From: Candidatus Omnitrophota bacterium
GTDB lineage: Bacteria > Omnitrophota > Gorgyraeia > B26-G9
Reading direction: 5' to 3'
Length of the DNA: 64,000 nucleotides
Assembly (NCBI GenBank): GCA_043805415.1
Contig: JAZDHZ010000035.1
Location: 8,557 to 72,556, forward strand
Shown here: positions 8,391 to 18,339 of the stretch, in pieces
Numbering within the stretch: the stretch's first letter is position 1
Layout of the letters: each line of letters starts with the position of its first letter
Translations under genes and position numbers: made by a program
The notes under the pieces: generated by a model
What the model was told of the DNA's origin: nothing
The model's input: the letters and a program-made list of their open reading frames with translations, nothing else
The model's database searches: none

Positions 8391-10274
8391 ATGTCAAAAA
8401 ATAGTGTTTTTCCTATAAACAATATTCTGAATTTCTTAAATAAAAAGCAAACTTTCATTCTTCTTGAAAGCTCGCTTTATGATCAGCAAAATCATCTTTC
8501 CTATATTTTTACTGATCCGATCAAAATTATCCAAACAAACTCTCTTAATAAAATAGAATCCTGTTTTAATCAAATCGAGCAGGCAAAAAAAAGCGGATAC
8601 TATGTAAGCGGCTTTATCAGCTATGAAACAGGTTATACAATAAGTGATAAATTTAAAAAATTAAAAATACCCCTGCCTGATTTTCCCCTTATCTGGATGG
8701 GCGTGTTTAAAAAACCGATTATTTTTGATCATCAAAAAAATAAATTCACCAGCAATAGTAAAATCCCTTTTTTAAATACTAAAGAAAACTTTCTTGCCCA
8801 TTATCAATTAAAAAACCTAAAACTTGATATTTCGCGAGCTGAGTATATCCGCAATATTAAAAAAATTAAACGTTTAATTGAAGCCGGCGATACCTATCAG
8901 GTAAATTATACAACTAAATACAAGTTTAATTTTAAAGGATCCAGCCTGGCTTTATACAAAAAGCTCCGCAATAATCAGTCAATCGCCTATGGCGCTTTTA
9001 TCAAAAGCCCGGAGTTTGACATACTCTCATTTTCGCCGGAACTGTTTTTCTGCCAAAACAAAAACAAACTTCTGGTAAAGCCAATGAAAGGAACAGCTGC
9101 TCGCGGCATTAATATCCGCGAAGACAGGAAAAATAAAAAAGCCCTTGCCGCTGACATTAAGAATCAGGCAGAAAACCTTATGATCGTTGACTTACTGCGC
9201 AATGACTTAGGAAAAATCTCCAAAACAGGCAGCGTGCGTGTAAACAAACTATTTACTGTGGAAACTTACAAAACATTACTGCAAATGACATCAACCATTA
9301 CAAGCAGATTAAAAACCAACACTTGTTTATGGGAATTATTTTTAAGCATATTCCCCTCAGGATCAGTAACCGGAGCGCCGAAAATCCGCACCATGGAAAT
9401 AATTCATCAGCTGGAACCAGAGCCCCGAGGAATATATACCGGAGCGATTGGGGTTTTTGCGCCAAAAAACAAAGCAGTTTTTAATGTAGCCATTCGAACC
9501 ATTGCCATAAAAAACAATCATGGGCAAATGGGAATCGGCGGAGGGATTACCTATAGCTCTGATCCGATTGCCGAATATAATGAATGCAAGTTAAAAGCTA
9601 AATTTTTAACTATGCCTGATTTTAAATTAATCGAAACAATGCTTTGGAGAAAAAAATGCGGGTTTTATCTTTTAGAGCATCACTTAAATAGACTTAAGCG
9701 CTCAGCTAAATTCTTCGAATATCCTTATTCTGAAAAAGCAATACTGCAGAATCTCAACAAATTAACGCTCACATTAAATAAACAATGGCCCTACAAAATA
9801 AGGCTTTTACTTGATCAATCCGGAGAGATAATTTTAGACCCTGCGGTTATTTTAAACAAAAAAACTGATTTAAAACACAGAATCATGTTATCTGAAAAAC
9901 ATACCGACAGTGCTGATATTTTTCTTTATCATAAAACCACTAATCGCGAACTTTATACTTCAGAATATGAAAAATGTAAACAGCTTGGATTTTTTGATTT
10001 GATCTTTTGCAATGAAAAAAATCAGATTACCGAAGGAGCTGTCTCTAATATATTCATCAAGAAACAGGGGATATATTATACCCCGCCTATTAAATGCGGA
10101 GTTTTACCCGGAGTATTTAGAACTTATTTAATTAATCAGAAAAAACTTAAGCTGCAGGAAAAGATACTCTATCTCCAGGACCTAAAAACAGCAGACGCAA
10201 TATATTGCACTAATGCTGTTCGGGGATTGGTAAAAGTAAAGCTGGAAATGCTTAGGCTGCTTATACCTGCCTGA
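8391..10274 (+). CDS. pabB: Aminodeoxychorismate synthase component I fused to a class IV aminotransferase-like ADC lyase (PabB-PabC)
   Basis: GDTYQVN, SPELFF, KPMKGT, AENLMIVDLLRNDL, FPSGSVTGAPK, YTGAIG; C-terminal HKTTNR, ITEGAVSN, GVLPGV. Confidence 0.92.
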   Translation: MSKNSVFPINNILNFLNKKQTFILLESSLYDQQNHLSYIFTDPIKIIQTNSLNKIESCFNQIEQAKKSGYYVSGFISYETGYTISDKFKKLKIPLPDFPLIWMGVFKKPIIFDHQKNKFTSNSKIPFLNTKENFLAHYQLKNLKLDISRAEYIRNIKKIKRLIEAGDTYQVNYTTKYKFNFKGSSLALYKKLRNNQSIAYGAFIKSPEFDILSFSPELFFCQNKNKLLVKPMKGTAARGINIREDRKNKKALAADIKNQAENLMIVDLLRNDLGKISKTGSVRVNKLFTVETYKTLLQMTSTITSRLKTNTCLWELFLSIFPSGSVTGAPKIRTMEIIHQLEPEPRGIYTGAIGVFAPKNKAVFNVAIRTIAIKNNHGQMGIGGGITYSSDPIAEYNECKLKAKFLTMPDFKLIETMLWRKKCGFYLLEHHLNRLKRSAKFFEYPYSEKAILQNLNKLTLTLNKQWPYKIRLLLDQSGEIILDPAVILNKKTDLKHRIMLSEKHTDSADIFLYHKTTNRELYTSEYEKCKQLGFFDLIFCNEKNQITEGAVSNIFIKKQGIYYTPPIKCGVLPGVFRTYLINQKKLKLQEKILYLQDLKTADAIYCTNAVRGLVKVKLEMLRLLIPA

Positions 10275-10647
10275 TTTTATAGTTATGCGAGCCTATTTCT
10301 TTATTATCAATATAAAATTTAATCAAATAATCACCAGCAGTTTCATACCGCACATTAACAAACTGGCCAATAAACCCAAAATTGCGCCGCGGGTCTACCT
10401 TTACTTCCTGTGATATGCTAGCTAGCTGCTTTTGACTTTTATCATCAAGAATAAGTTCGCAGGTAAACTTATCCTTGTCATTTACTCCTGAAATATTTGC
10501 CACAATAAACATGAGTGGATGATGAGTTGGAAGCTGCAGAACATTTATATTTTCAAATATGCCGTTCATACTCAGCTTTCCTTCTCTGCTAACAGAAGCA
10601 TAATCACATAAAAAAGAAAAATTTAACTTCGCGTTTAATACACTCAT
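10261..10647 (-). CDS. Conserved hypothetical protein (DUF6941-like beta-sandwich)
   Basis: FLCDYA...GKLS.NGIFE.I...LP..H motif. Confidence 0.65.
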   Translation of the reverse strand: MSVLNAKLNFSFLCDYASVSREGKLSMNGIFENINVLQLPTHHPLMFIVANISGVNDKDKFTCELILDDKSQKQLASISQEVKVDPRRNFGFIGQFVNVRYETAGDYLIKFYIDNKEIGSHNYKIRQV

Positions 10648-10721
10648 GATTCCCTCTCTTTTAAATTTATCGGCGCAAGCTCATCAATAACCCTGCCCTC
10701 TATACCCTGTCTGATATCCGA

Positions 10722-11108
10722 CTAATCTTGCTTGTATTTCGCATTCAAAGATTTCTTGCGGCACGCAAAGACATAAGCAGTTATTAAATTTTTCACCTCA
10801 AGCGAAGTTTTGCTGAATTTAAATCTTGTTGCATACAGCATTTCTTCGCCTTTATCCCCAATAACTCCGATTAATTCCGAGTTAATAACTTCTGCTTCCG
10901 CCTTAATCGGCTCTTTATTTTTAGGAAGAACTATTGACATCTGCATTTTATCACCGGAACTTAGTTTATGATTTAAATAAACTTTAATCCCTCCGGCACT
11001 AATGTCGCGTGTTTTTGTCCGAATAATTGTAGTTACCTCTGAAGCGCTGGAGACAAATTCGACTTCTACAAGATCTTCAATCCTTTTATATACTCTTTTC
11101 TGATCCAT
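10722..11108 (-). CDS. PilZ-domain protein (c-di-GMP receptor)
   Basis: KRVYKR (RxxxR) and DISAGG (DxSxxG) motifs. Confidence 0.85.
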   Translation of the reverse strand: MDQKRVYKRIEDLVEVEFVSSASEVTTIIRTKTRDISAGGIKVYLNHKLSSGDKMQMSIVLPKNKEPIKAEAEVINSELIGVIGDKGEEMLYATRFKFSKTSLEVKNLITAYVFACRKKSLNAKYKQD

Positions 11109-11142
11109 AACACTGCCTTTCTTTGGTCTCTTACAGTTAATA

Positions 11143-11697
11143 TTATTTTATAAGCGCATTCTTTTTAACAGTATCTGCTGTGTCTTGACCGCAAAGCTTT
11201 TTTACGATTGCCAAAGCAAAATCAAAACTCGCTCCAGGCCCGGAGGCAGTAATAATATTTTTATCAATAACCAGATCATCTTTTTTATACATAATATCCG
11301 GAGAAAATAAAGCTTCCTCTCCCGGATAACAAGTCGCGTATTTGCCTTTAAGCACTCCGGCCCGAACAAGCGAATGAGCAGGACTTGCGCAAATAGCCGC
11401 GACAACCGCCCCCTGGTCTGCGGTTTTTTTAATCAACTCAATAACCAGATCTGAAGACTCAAGATTACGAGCCCCCGGCATACCTCCTGGCAAAACCAAA
11501 GCATCAGGAATGAAATTTATATCCGCGAGCTTTACTTGCGCTTGAACTGTTATTTTCCGAGACCCGACAACTTGTAAATCAGCACCAATACAAGCAATCA
11601 TTGCATCAATCCCTGCTCGGCGCAGAATATCAATACTAATAATTGCTTCCATTTCTTCAAAGCCTTGGGCTAATATAATTATTGCTCTGGGTTTCAT
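11143..11697 (-). CDS. DJ-1/PfpI family (YajL/ThiJ-like) glyoxalase/deglycase
   Basis: GFEEMEA..IDILRRAG, LVLPGGMPG, AAICASP, ITASGPG. Confidence 0.9.
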   Translation of the reverse strand: MKPRAIIILAQGFEEMEAIISIDILRRAGIDAMIACIGADLQVVGSRKITVQAQVKLADINFIPDALVLPGGMPGARNLESSDLVIELIKKTADQGAVVAAICASPAHSLVRAGVLKGKYATCYPGEEALFSPDIMYKKDDLVIDKNIITASGPGASFDFALAIVKKLCGQDTADTVKKNALIK

Positions 11698-11794
11698 AAG
11701 ATTATTTGAAAATTTTTAAGGTTTAAAAATTTATATTTTACTGCTTATTGAGTATTGTACCCTTTTTTGGTTTAAAAAGTCAAATTCAAACAAA

Positions 11795-12391
11795 CTAATC
11801 AAGAGAAAAGACAATCGCAACATGAATATTTACCATTTGTTGCGACAGTTCATCCGGTATAGGTAAAAACGGGCTGGATCTTTGAATGGTATTAAGTGCT
11901 TCTATATCCAATAGTTCTGATCCTGAACTTTGCACAATATGGATAGGCCCAGTTGTTCCATTAGCAAAAACTGAAAACTTTAAACCAACACTGCCTTTGG
12001 TTTGATTGCGTCGCGCTCTTAGAGGATATTTTCTAAATCTTTCAATTCTTTGCTTAATCATATCCTGATAACGCAGCATTGCTTGTTTGGCTATATCTTC
12101 GGCTTTTATTTCTTCTAATTTTAAAGCTGCAGCCTGCGCATTAAAAACAGCATTACCCTGTTCTTGCACATTCTCTTGCTTTTCTTGCTGAGGCACGATT
12201 TGTTTAATCTCCCCCACAACCCAGATCTCAGGCAATAGGGGAGATTTTTTTTCATCGATTTGCACAACTTGAGTTTTCGGCATGCTCTGCTTAACCGGAA
12301 AATTAAACAATCCTCCCAGAGCGCCGATAAGCGCGATATGCATCGCGCCGGATATAATAAACGCGTAAAAAACAACTTGTTTATCTGTCAT
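11795..12391 (-). CDS. tonB: TonB family energy transducer
   Basis: N-terminal TM with SxxxH (SGAMH); C-terminal YP..ARR...G.V...SSG..LLD.EAL. Confidence 0.85.
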   Translation of the reverse strand: MTDKQVVFYAFIISGAMHIALIGALGGLFNFPVKQSMPKTQVVQIDEKKSPLLPEIWVVGEIKQIVPQQEKQENVQEQGNAVFNAQAAALKLEEIKAEDIAKQAMLRYQDMIKQRIERFRKYPLRARRNQTKGSVGLKFSVFANGTTGPIHIVQSSGSELLDIEALNTIQRSSPFLPIPDELSQQMVNIHVAIVFSLD

Positions 12392-12406
12392 ATTATCTGA
12401 CGATGT

Positions 12407-14290
12407 TTAAAAAACACCTTTTACTCCCACATAAAGCGATCTATCCATGCCGTTATATCCGCGTATCGGCTCATAAGCAATGTCAAAAATATTATCAATC
12501 CGTCCAAATAATTGAATATTTTCCCTTAACTGATACTGGCTGGCAAGATTAGTAATAAAATATTGTTTATTCTTATTATCATTATAAGCCGGCGCGTCCA
12601 TGCGCGAGCCAACATACTGAGCGCTTAACCGAATATCGCCTTTTTCCGAATAAGCCCACTCAAAAAATCCATTAGCTTGATTTTTTGCCCTGCGGCCGAA
12701 TTCCTGGGCTGTATCTGAATCCCGGGTTTTTGTATAAGTATAATTGCCGCCGATTTTTAATGCTTTCAAAACATCAAACTTTGATTCAAGCTCATAGCCT
12801 CTGGCAGTACCGCTTTTAATATTAACATACGCCCAGGTTATGGGATCGCTATCAATTAAATTTTCATATTTATCATAAAAATATGTTGCTGAAAAAAACA
12901 GTTTATTATCCAGACAACGATGCTCTGCTCCAAGATCAAAGCCGCGGCTTTTTTCCGGCTGAAGATTAGCATTCCCATAACTGCCGTCATACAGCTGATA
13001 AATATTCGGCGCTCTGAATGCTGTCCCATAACTTGCTTTTAAACGCGTCATTGTATTGGGAATAAGATATGATGAAGACAGCTTATAGGTCCATTCTGAA
13101 CCAAAAATATCATGCTTATCAACGCGAAATCCCGCGCTGGTAAACAGCTGGTCAGCGAATTCAGCTTGGTTCTGAAAATAAAAAGCCTTATTCTCCAATG
13201 ATCTTCTGTCTGATTGATTATTGCTCCACCAATTAGATCCGGTGGAGTAAGAAGCTCCCCGCTCCTGTTCATATTCACAGCCCAGAGTTTCCGTATCCCA
13301 TTCTGCCAGAGAAATATTATGCTGCCATTCTATTTTTTTGCGGTCTCCCCTGAACCGCGAATACTCATTTTCCGTTGTATCAATGCTGTCCGCCGGATCA
13401 CTGTCATTACGGTCAAAACTAACTCCGGATAAAGTTAATGTATGATCCCAGTTTTCATTTAGCTTTTGCGATAGTCCAAGACTTCCGGAAAATTGCTCTG
13501 ATTCAGTAATCCGATTCGGATCATCCTCATAAGCGCCATCATCAACCGCAACTTCAGCATTTACATAGCGCATATTGGCAAATAGTTTAGTGTTTTCACA
13601 AATTCCCACTCCAATGCGTGAGGAAAATGTGGTATTTGAATATCCATCATCATCCTGTCCGTCGCGGGCTTTAGATATCCCATCGCTGTCAGTTCTCGAT
13701 GCCGCGGCGGAAAAATCAACTTTTTCTTCACTGCCGGATATGGCGATTGATTCCATTAATGTATTATGCGAGCCATACTCTGCCATTACCTCTGTTTTTG
13801 CCGGTCCCTGCCCCTGCTTGGTAATAACATTAATCACTCCGGCCATGGCGTCTGAGCCATACAATGTGCTCTGCGGACCACGCACTATTTCAATGCGTTC
13901 AATATTAGCTGAAGTTAAATGCGCGAAATCAAAATCCTTACTTACTGCCATGGGATCATATACTTCTATTCCATCAATCATGACTAAAGTTTGGCCTCTT
14001 TTCGCGCCGCGGATATTAATTGAAACCGCGCCGCCAAACGAACCGATTGAATCTACCGAAATGCCTGGAACTTCGCTGAGAATCTCATAAACTGGTTTAT
14101 TGGCTTCACTGGCTAAATCTTCCGCGGTAATCACAGTTGTCGAAGCGCCTACTTCAGACTGATAGGTTTGAGTTTTAGTCGCGGAAACAATTACATTGCC
14201 CAGATCATAATCCTGAGCAAATACCTTACAACTATCTATTGCTATTAACATAATCAAACATAATAAAACACATAATATTTTCTTATTCAT
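12407..14290 (-). CDS. btuB: TonB-dependent cobalamin receptor (BtuB-like)
   Basis: Signal peptide, TonB box VIVSATK, plug IERIEIVRGPQSTLYGSDAMAGVINVIT, C-terminal F. Preceded by a B12 riboswitch. Start set at ATG 14290, which has a GGAGG RBS. Confidence 0.88.
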   Translation of the reverse strand: MNKKILCVLLCLIMLIAIDSCKVFAQDYDLGNVIVSATKTQTYQSEVGASTTVITAEDLASEANKPVYEILSEVPGISVDSIGSFGGAVSINIRGAKRGQTLVMIDGIEVYDPMAVSKDFDFAHLTSANIERIEIVRGPQSTLYGSDAMAGVINVITKQGQGPAKTEVMAEYGSHNTLMESIAISGSEEKVDFSAAASRTDSDGISKARDGQDDDGYSNTTFSSRIGVGICENTKLFANMRYVNAEVAVDDGAYEDDPNRITESEQFSGSLGLSQKLNENWDHTLTLSGVSFDRNDSDPADSIDTTENEYSRFRGDRKKIEWQHNISLAEWDTETLGCEYEQERGASYSTGSNWWSNNQSDRRSLENKAFYFQNQAEFADQLFTSAGFRVDKHDIFGSEWTYKLSSSYLIPNTMTRLKASYGTAFRAPNIYQLYDGSYGNANLQPEKSRGFDLGAEHRCLDNKLFFSATYFYDKYENLIDSDPITWAYVNIKSGTARGYELESKFDVLKALKIGGNYTYTKTRDSDTAQEFGRRAKNQANGFFEWAYSEKGDIRLSAQYVGSRMDAPAYNDNKNKQYFITNLASQYQLRENIQLFGRIDNIFDIAYEPIRGYNGMDRSLYVGVKGVF

Positions 14291-14326
14291 TTTTTCTTTT
14301 CTCCTCCCGCGAGAATACTCTCCCAT

Positions 14327-14492
14327 TAAAGCAATCGACCGGACTAACAAAATAGCTCTTAGTTCTTAGCTCTTGGCTCTTAGTTTTTTTATTTCTGTTT
14401 TTCCTACGAGCTTAAGAGCTACCAGCTACAAGCTAAATGTATTACCGTTGCGCGGCAGCGCTTTGAATCACACAAAGACTTCCTTTGCTTTT
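14327..14492 (-). ncRNA. Cobalamin riboswitch (short/variant type) with an inserted repeat hairpin
   Basis: Minus strand: AAGCAAAGGAAGUCUUUGUGUGAUUCAAAGCGCUGCCGCGCAACGGUAA...AGUCCGGUCGAUUGCUUU, directly upstream of the btuB-like RBS. Confidence 0.75.
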
Positions 14493-14701
14493 AGGGCAAA
14501 TCTCTTTTTCGGACTTTTAAGTTAATTTAAATTAATTAATATTTACGCCTCTACTCCTAAACCTCCCAGCCTCCTTTCTCCCAATTAATATCCCATCTTC
14601 GTTATTTTCGTCTTATCCTGCAATAGTTGCTTGTCCCGACTTTGTGTGTCGGGGACACGTTTCTACTCTATCCGCTGTACTCAATACTCAAGATGATCAG
14701 C

Positions 14702-14806
14702 GGATGAATCTCTGATTTTGCCAGTCCTATCAAAATCAGGCTTCAAACCCGCCTAAATAATTATTCCTGCCCTTTATAGTTTATCGCTTTTAGCTTGCAA
14801 CCTTGT
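14702..14806. repeat. About 100-bp dispersed hairpin repeat, copy 1 (copy 2 at 23649..23753)
   Basis: Near-identical to 23649..23753; core inverted repeat CTGATTTTG-N10-CAAAATCAG. Confidence 0.9.
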
Positions 14807-14834
14807 TACTTTGTGAACTTTAATTAAATTAATA

Positions 14835-14893
14835 GTTATGAGTTTCAAGCTTTTGCTATGAGCCATGACCTATGAGCTAAGCGTTTTGCGCTT
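14835..14893. repeat. Heptamer tandem repeat plus small hairpin (GCTATGA/GCCATGA...GCTAAGCG..GCGCTT)
   Basis: Same element is seen at 22629..22682 and 30253..30290. Confidence 0.75.
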
Positions 14894-14900
14894 CCTGTTT

Positions 14901-15437
14901 TTAGTATTCAATTCCTTTTCTTGCCGCAATCCCTTTTTGATAAGGATGTTTTACTTCCTTGATAAAACTTACCAGATCAGCTTTTTTAATCATTTTTTTT
15001 GTTGCCCCGCGTCCGGTAAAAACCAGCTCAAGATTATTTGGCTTTAAATCCATCAAATCAAGCACCTCTTGTTCCTGGATAAAACCATCCCGCACGCAAA
15101 TATTAATTTCATCGGCAATTAAAAGATCAAACTTGTTTTCTCTAAAAACTTTTTTAATATCTTTGATCCCTTTAGCACAGTCATTTTGGAGAGTTTCAAA
15201 ACAAGCCTGCTTTTTTGTAGCACACAAAGGATGGCTTTTAGCAAAACAATGTACTGCTATGCTGATTTTTTTTAATAAATCATAAACTGGCTTGCATTGT
15301 TTTGGATCTTTATGAAAACTAATATAGCAAACCTTCATTTTATGAGCACTGGCCCGCATAGCCAGTCCGCAAGCAGCAGTTGTCTTTCCCTTGCCTGGTC
15401 CGGTATAAATCTGAATTAACCCTCTTTTATTTTTCAT
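14901..15437 (-). CDS. cobO: Cob(I)yrinic acid a,c-diamide adenosyltransferase (CobO/BtuR)
   Basis: GLIQIYTGPGKGKTTAA.GLAMRA, DEIN, ELVFTGR, KHPY..G..ARKGIEY. Confidence 0.93.
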   Translation of the reverse strand: MKNKRGLIQIYTGPGKGKTTAACGLAMRASAHKMKVCYISFHKDPKQCKPVYDLLKKISIAVHCFAKSHPLCATKKQACFETLQNDCAKGIKDIKKVFRENKFDLLIADEINICVRDGFIQEQEVLDLMDLKPNNLELVFTGRGATKKMIKKADLVSFIKEVKHPYQKGIAARKGIEY

Positions 15438-16225
15438 AATTCCTCATTATCTTTTGCAACCAGAAAAACATGCGGCTTTTGCGAAACTGGATTTTTACTA
15501 ACCAAAACATCAGTTTTATAAACAGTCTCAATAGTTGCCTTATTTAAAACCTGTTCCACAGAACCGATTTTATGCACCAATCCTTTATCCATTAAAACCA
15601 GCTGATCGCAATATTCCGCGGCAAAGTTAAGTTCATGCAATACAATGATCACGCTTAAATTATGTTTTTTATTTAAACGCTTTAACAAATCCATAATATA
15701 CATTTGATGGAAAATATCCAAGTGAACTATTGGCTCATCTAATAATAAGAGTTTGGGTTTTTGCGCTAAGGACTTGGCAATAATTGCCATTTGCCTTTCT
15801 CCAGCGCTTAATTCGCAGAGGTTTCTTTTAGCAAAGCCAACCAAGTCTGTCATTTCTAAGGATTGCCGGATAATTTTCTGATCAAGCGCGTTTTCAAAAA
15901 ACTGAAAATTCCCCTGATGCGGAATCCGGCCTAAAGCAACGAAATCCTCCACACTAATATCAAAATTAGCTTCTATATCATTACTCACCACCGCAATATT
16001 TTGGGCAAGTTCCTTATAACTCATCCTGCTAATATTCTTTTGGTTAAATATCGCTGATCCAGCCCGCAGCGGCAATACTCTGGTTATTGCTCTGAGCAAT
16101 GTAGTCTTGCCTGAGCCATTGGGCCCGATTATGCCGACAATCTGCTTTTCCCGAACATTAAAATTAATATCTCTTAAGCAGAATTGTTCTGAATATCCAC
16201 AGCTGATATTTTTAAGTTGCAACAT
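15434..16225 (-). CDS. Cobalamin/iron-chelate ABC transporter ATPase (BtuD/FecE-like)
   Basis: GPNGSGKT, LSAGERQ, LLLDEP, VLHEL. Confidence 0.92.
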   Translation of the reverse strand: MLQLKNISCGYSEQFCLRDINFNVREKQIVGIIGPNGSGKTTLLRAITRVLPLRAGSAIFNQKNISRMSYKELAQNIAVVSNDIEANFDISVEDFVALGRIPHQGNFQFFENALDQKIIRQSLEMTDLVGFAKRNLCELSAGERQMAIIAKSLAQKPKLLLLDEPIVHLDIFHQMYIMDLLKRLNKKHNLSVIIVLHELNFAAEYCDQLVLMDKGLVHKIGSVEQVLNKATIETVYKTDVLVSKNPVSQKPHVFLVAKDNEEL

Positions 16226-16227
16226 TT

Positions 16228-17238
16228 CTATCTGCCCCTTTTATGATTTAAAGCATAAATAAAAATTGTCCCGCCGACAATGCCGGTAATAACTCCCACT
16301 GGTAATTCCAAGGGAGAGATGATGCTTCTAGCTATCGCGTCACTGGCAATTAAAAATATTGCTCCGGCAAGATAACTGCATATCAGCAATATTCGGTGAT
16401 CTCCGCCGGTAAACATCCGGACAAAATGCGGCATAACCAGCCCAACAAAGCCAATAATTCCCGCAACCGAAACACTGGCTCCGGTGAGCAAGGAAGTCAA
16501 CAGAAAAAGAATTTTCTGCGTTCTTTGGGTATTAACTCCCAGATGCATCGCATGTTCAGTGCCCAAGGAAAAAGCATTTAACTCTCTGCAGAAGATATAG
16601 GAAACAAATAAACCGAGAATGGAAATTAAAACCATTATTTTTATCAGTATCCAGCTGGACTGTTCCAAACATCCCATTGTCCAGAAAATAATCCCATGCA
16701 GATCTTCTACCCGCATAACCGCCATAATCAGCATAAACAAAGAAGAACAGATAAAACTGATCATCACTCCGGATAAAAGAAGTCCCTGCAGCTTCAAGAC
16801 GCCTTTGCGGTAGCTTAAAAAATAAACAAATAAAATCACCAGACCTGAACCTAAAAATCCGGCCAGGGGCATGGATATAACCCCAAGAGTTTTGTTAAGA
16901 TGAAAAGCAATGTTCAGACAAACCCCTAAAGCCGCGCCGCCGGATATACCCAGAGTATATGGTTCAACCAAAGGATTGCGGAACATGCCTTGCAAAATAA
17001 CCCCGGCAAGGCTCAAGGCGCTGCCCACAGCAAAGCCCAGAATTATTCTCGGCAAACGCACATTAAGCAGGATACTGTAGTTTGTTGAAGTCTTATCAGG
17101 ACTTAGAAAAAATTTCAGCACTTCTTCCAGCGGGATTTTAGTTGCCCCGACAGACAAAGCAAAACCCGCGGTTATAAATAAGATGAGCAGCAGCATCCCG
17201 ATTAAAATCAGCCATGATACAATTTTTTTAAACAGCAT
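16228..17238 (-). CDS. Cobalamin/iron-chelate ABC transporter permease (BtuC/FecCD)
   Basis: RLPRI, Q..FRNPL.EPY.LGIS.GA, IGFVGL..PH..R, ELPVG. Confidence 0.92.
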   Translation of the reverse strand: MLFKKIVSWLILIGMLLLILFITAGFALSVGATKIPLEEVLKFFLSPDKTSTNYSILLNVRLPRIILGFAVGSALSLAGVILQGMFRNPLVEPYTLGISGGAALGVCLNIAFHLNKTLGVISMPLAGFLGSGLVILFVYFLSYRKGVLKLQGLLLSGVMISFICSSLFMLIMAVMRVEDLHGIIFWTMGCLEQSSWILIKIMVLISILGLFVSYIFCRELNAFSLGTEHAMHLGVNTQRTQKILFLLTSLLTGASVSVAGIIGFVGLVMPHFVRMFTGGDHRILLICSYLAGAIFLIASDAIARSIISPLELPVGVITGIVGGTIFIYALNHKRGR

Positions 17239-18082
17239 TTATTTCTTCCTTATATAGAAATTCAATGATCAGCTTAAGCGTATTAGCAAAATTATCCGGA
17301 ATTGGATTGCAAATCACATTCGGATCAATACAATAAACCTTTTTATTTTTTACAGCATTAATTGTTTGATATCTATTCCATATCTGCTTTTCATCATCTG
17401 CCGCGATTCCCATGGAAGCAATAATAATCACATCCGGATTTAGTTCCACAACCTTTTCCCGGGAATATATGCCGGTTGGCGCGTTTTCCGCGATGTTTAT
17501 CCCTCCGGCAAGCTTAATCAAATCATTAACAAAAAACTCCTTATTCATTGTAAACAATGGTTTACTGCCCACTTGAATAAACACTTTTTGCCGAGGTTTG
17601 TTTAAAATTCCCTGATTAAGCGCTTTAACTTTTTTCTGCGCTTGAGCAACAATTTCTTTTGCTTGTGCCTGCTTACGCACTAAGCTTGCCAGTTTTAAAA
17701 ACTGATCGCAAATTTGAGAAAAATCTTTTACCTGCTCAAAATCCACAACATTAAGCTTGATTTGGCGCATTTTAGTTTTCGCCTTGGCATTAGTCAAAGG
17801 AGTTGTTAATACTAAATCCGGGCGCAAAGATATCACCTTTTCCAGATTAACCTCGACAATTGAACCGGCTTTTTCTTTTTTCTGCGCTTCGGGCGGACGA
17901 TTACAATAAGTCGTTACTCCGACAATGTCATCCTCAACGCCTAATAAAAAAAGCCCTTCGGTTAAATATGAACCTAAAGAAACAATCCTTTTCGGGCCGC
18001 TGTCCTGCTCGGTGGCAAAACAATTACCACTAAAAGCAATAATAAAAGAAACAAGCAGTATATAAAATAATCTTTTTATCAT
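17228..18082 (-). CDS. Cobalamin ABC transporter periplasmic binding protein (BtuF-like)
   Basis: Signal peptide, PKRIVSL...TE.LF.LG, E.V..L.PD; first gene after the cobalamin riboswitch. Confidence 0.9.
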   Translation of the reverse strand: MIKRLFYILLVSFIIAFSGNCFATEQDSGPKRIVSLGSYLTEGLFLLGVEDDIVGVTTYCNRPPEAQKKEKAGSIVEVNLEKVISLRPDLVLTTPLTNAKAKTKMRQIKLNVVDFEQVKDFSQICDQFLKLASLVRKQAQAKEIVAQAQKKVKALNQGILNKPRQKVFIQVGSKPLFTMNKEFFVNDLIKLAGGINIAENAPTGIYSREKVVELNPDVIIIASMGIAADDEKQIWNRYQTINAVKNKKVYCIDPNVICNPIPDNFANTLKLIIEFLYKEEINAV

Positions 18083-18173
18083 CTTTCTCCTAAATAAAAT
18101 TCATCATCCGCCTAAAACATGGCGAAACCTTCGACCTGTGCTCATTGCGCTTGCCTCGCCGCTTTTCCGGCGG

Positions 18174-18246
18174 GAGATTGTTACATCCTGTAACCGCCAC
18201 AAAACACACATCGTGTGCTCATGGCGAGATTGTTACATCCTGTAAC
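18174..18246. repeat. Two direct copies of GAGATTGTTACATCCTGTAAC (GTTAC-ATCCT-GTAAC hairpin)
   Basis: Exact 21-mer at 18174..18194 and 18226..18246. Confidence 0.85.
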
Positions 18247-18287
18247 AAAAAAAATCCTTTATGTCATAAATCATGACTTAAAGGATT
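18247..18287 (-). terminator. Intrinsic terminator, expression platform of the cobalamin riboswitch
   Basis: Minus strand: AATCCTTTAAGTCAT-GATTT-ATGACATAAAGGATT followed by a T-run. Confidence 0.8.
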
Positions 18288-18339
18288 GCACCCTGTTTCT
18301 TCACCCTTCCGCGAGGTTCAAAATATATTCTTCTCACAA

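Noticed and set aside
14291-14350. N-terminal extension of the TonB-dependent receptor to 14350
   Set aside because: It overlaps the riboswitch; the RBS and signal peptide fit ATG 14290.
18174-18246. Mini CRISPR array (21-bp repeat, 31-bp spacer)
   Set aside because: Only two short repeats, no cas genes in the window, and a related hairpin occurs alone elsewhere.
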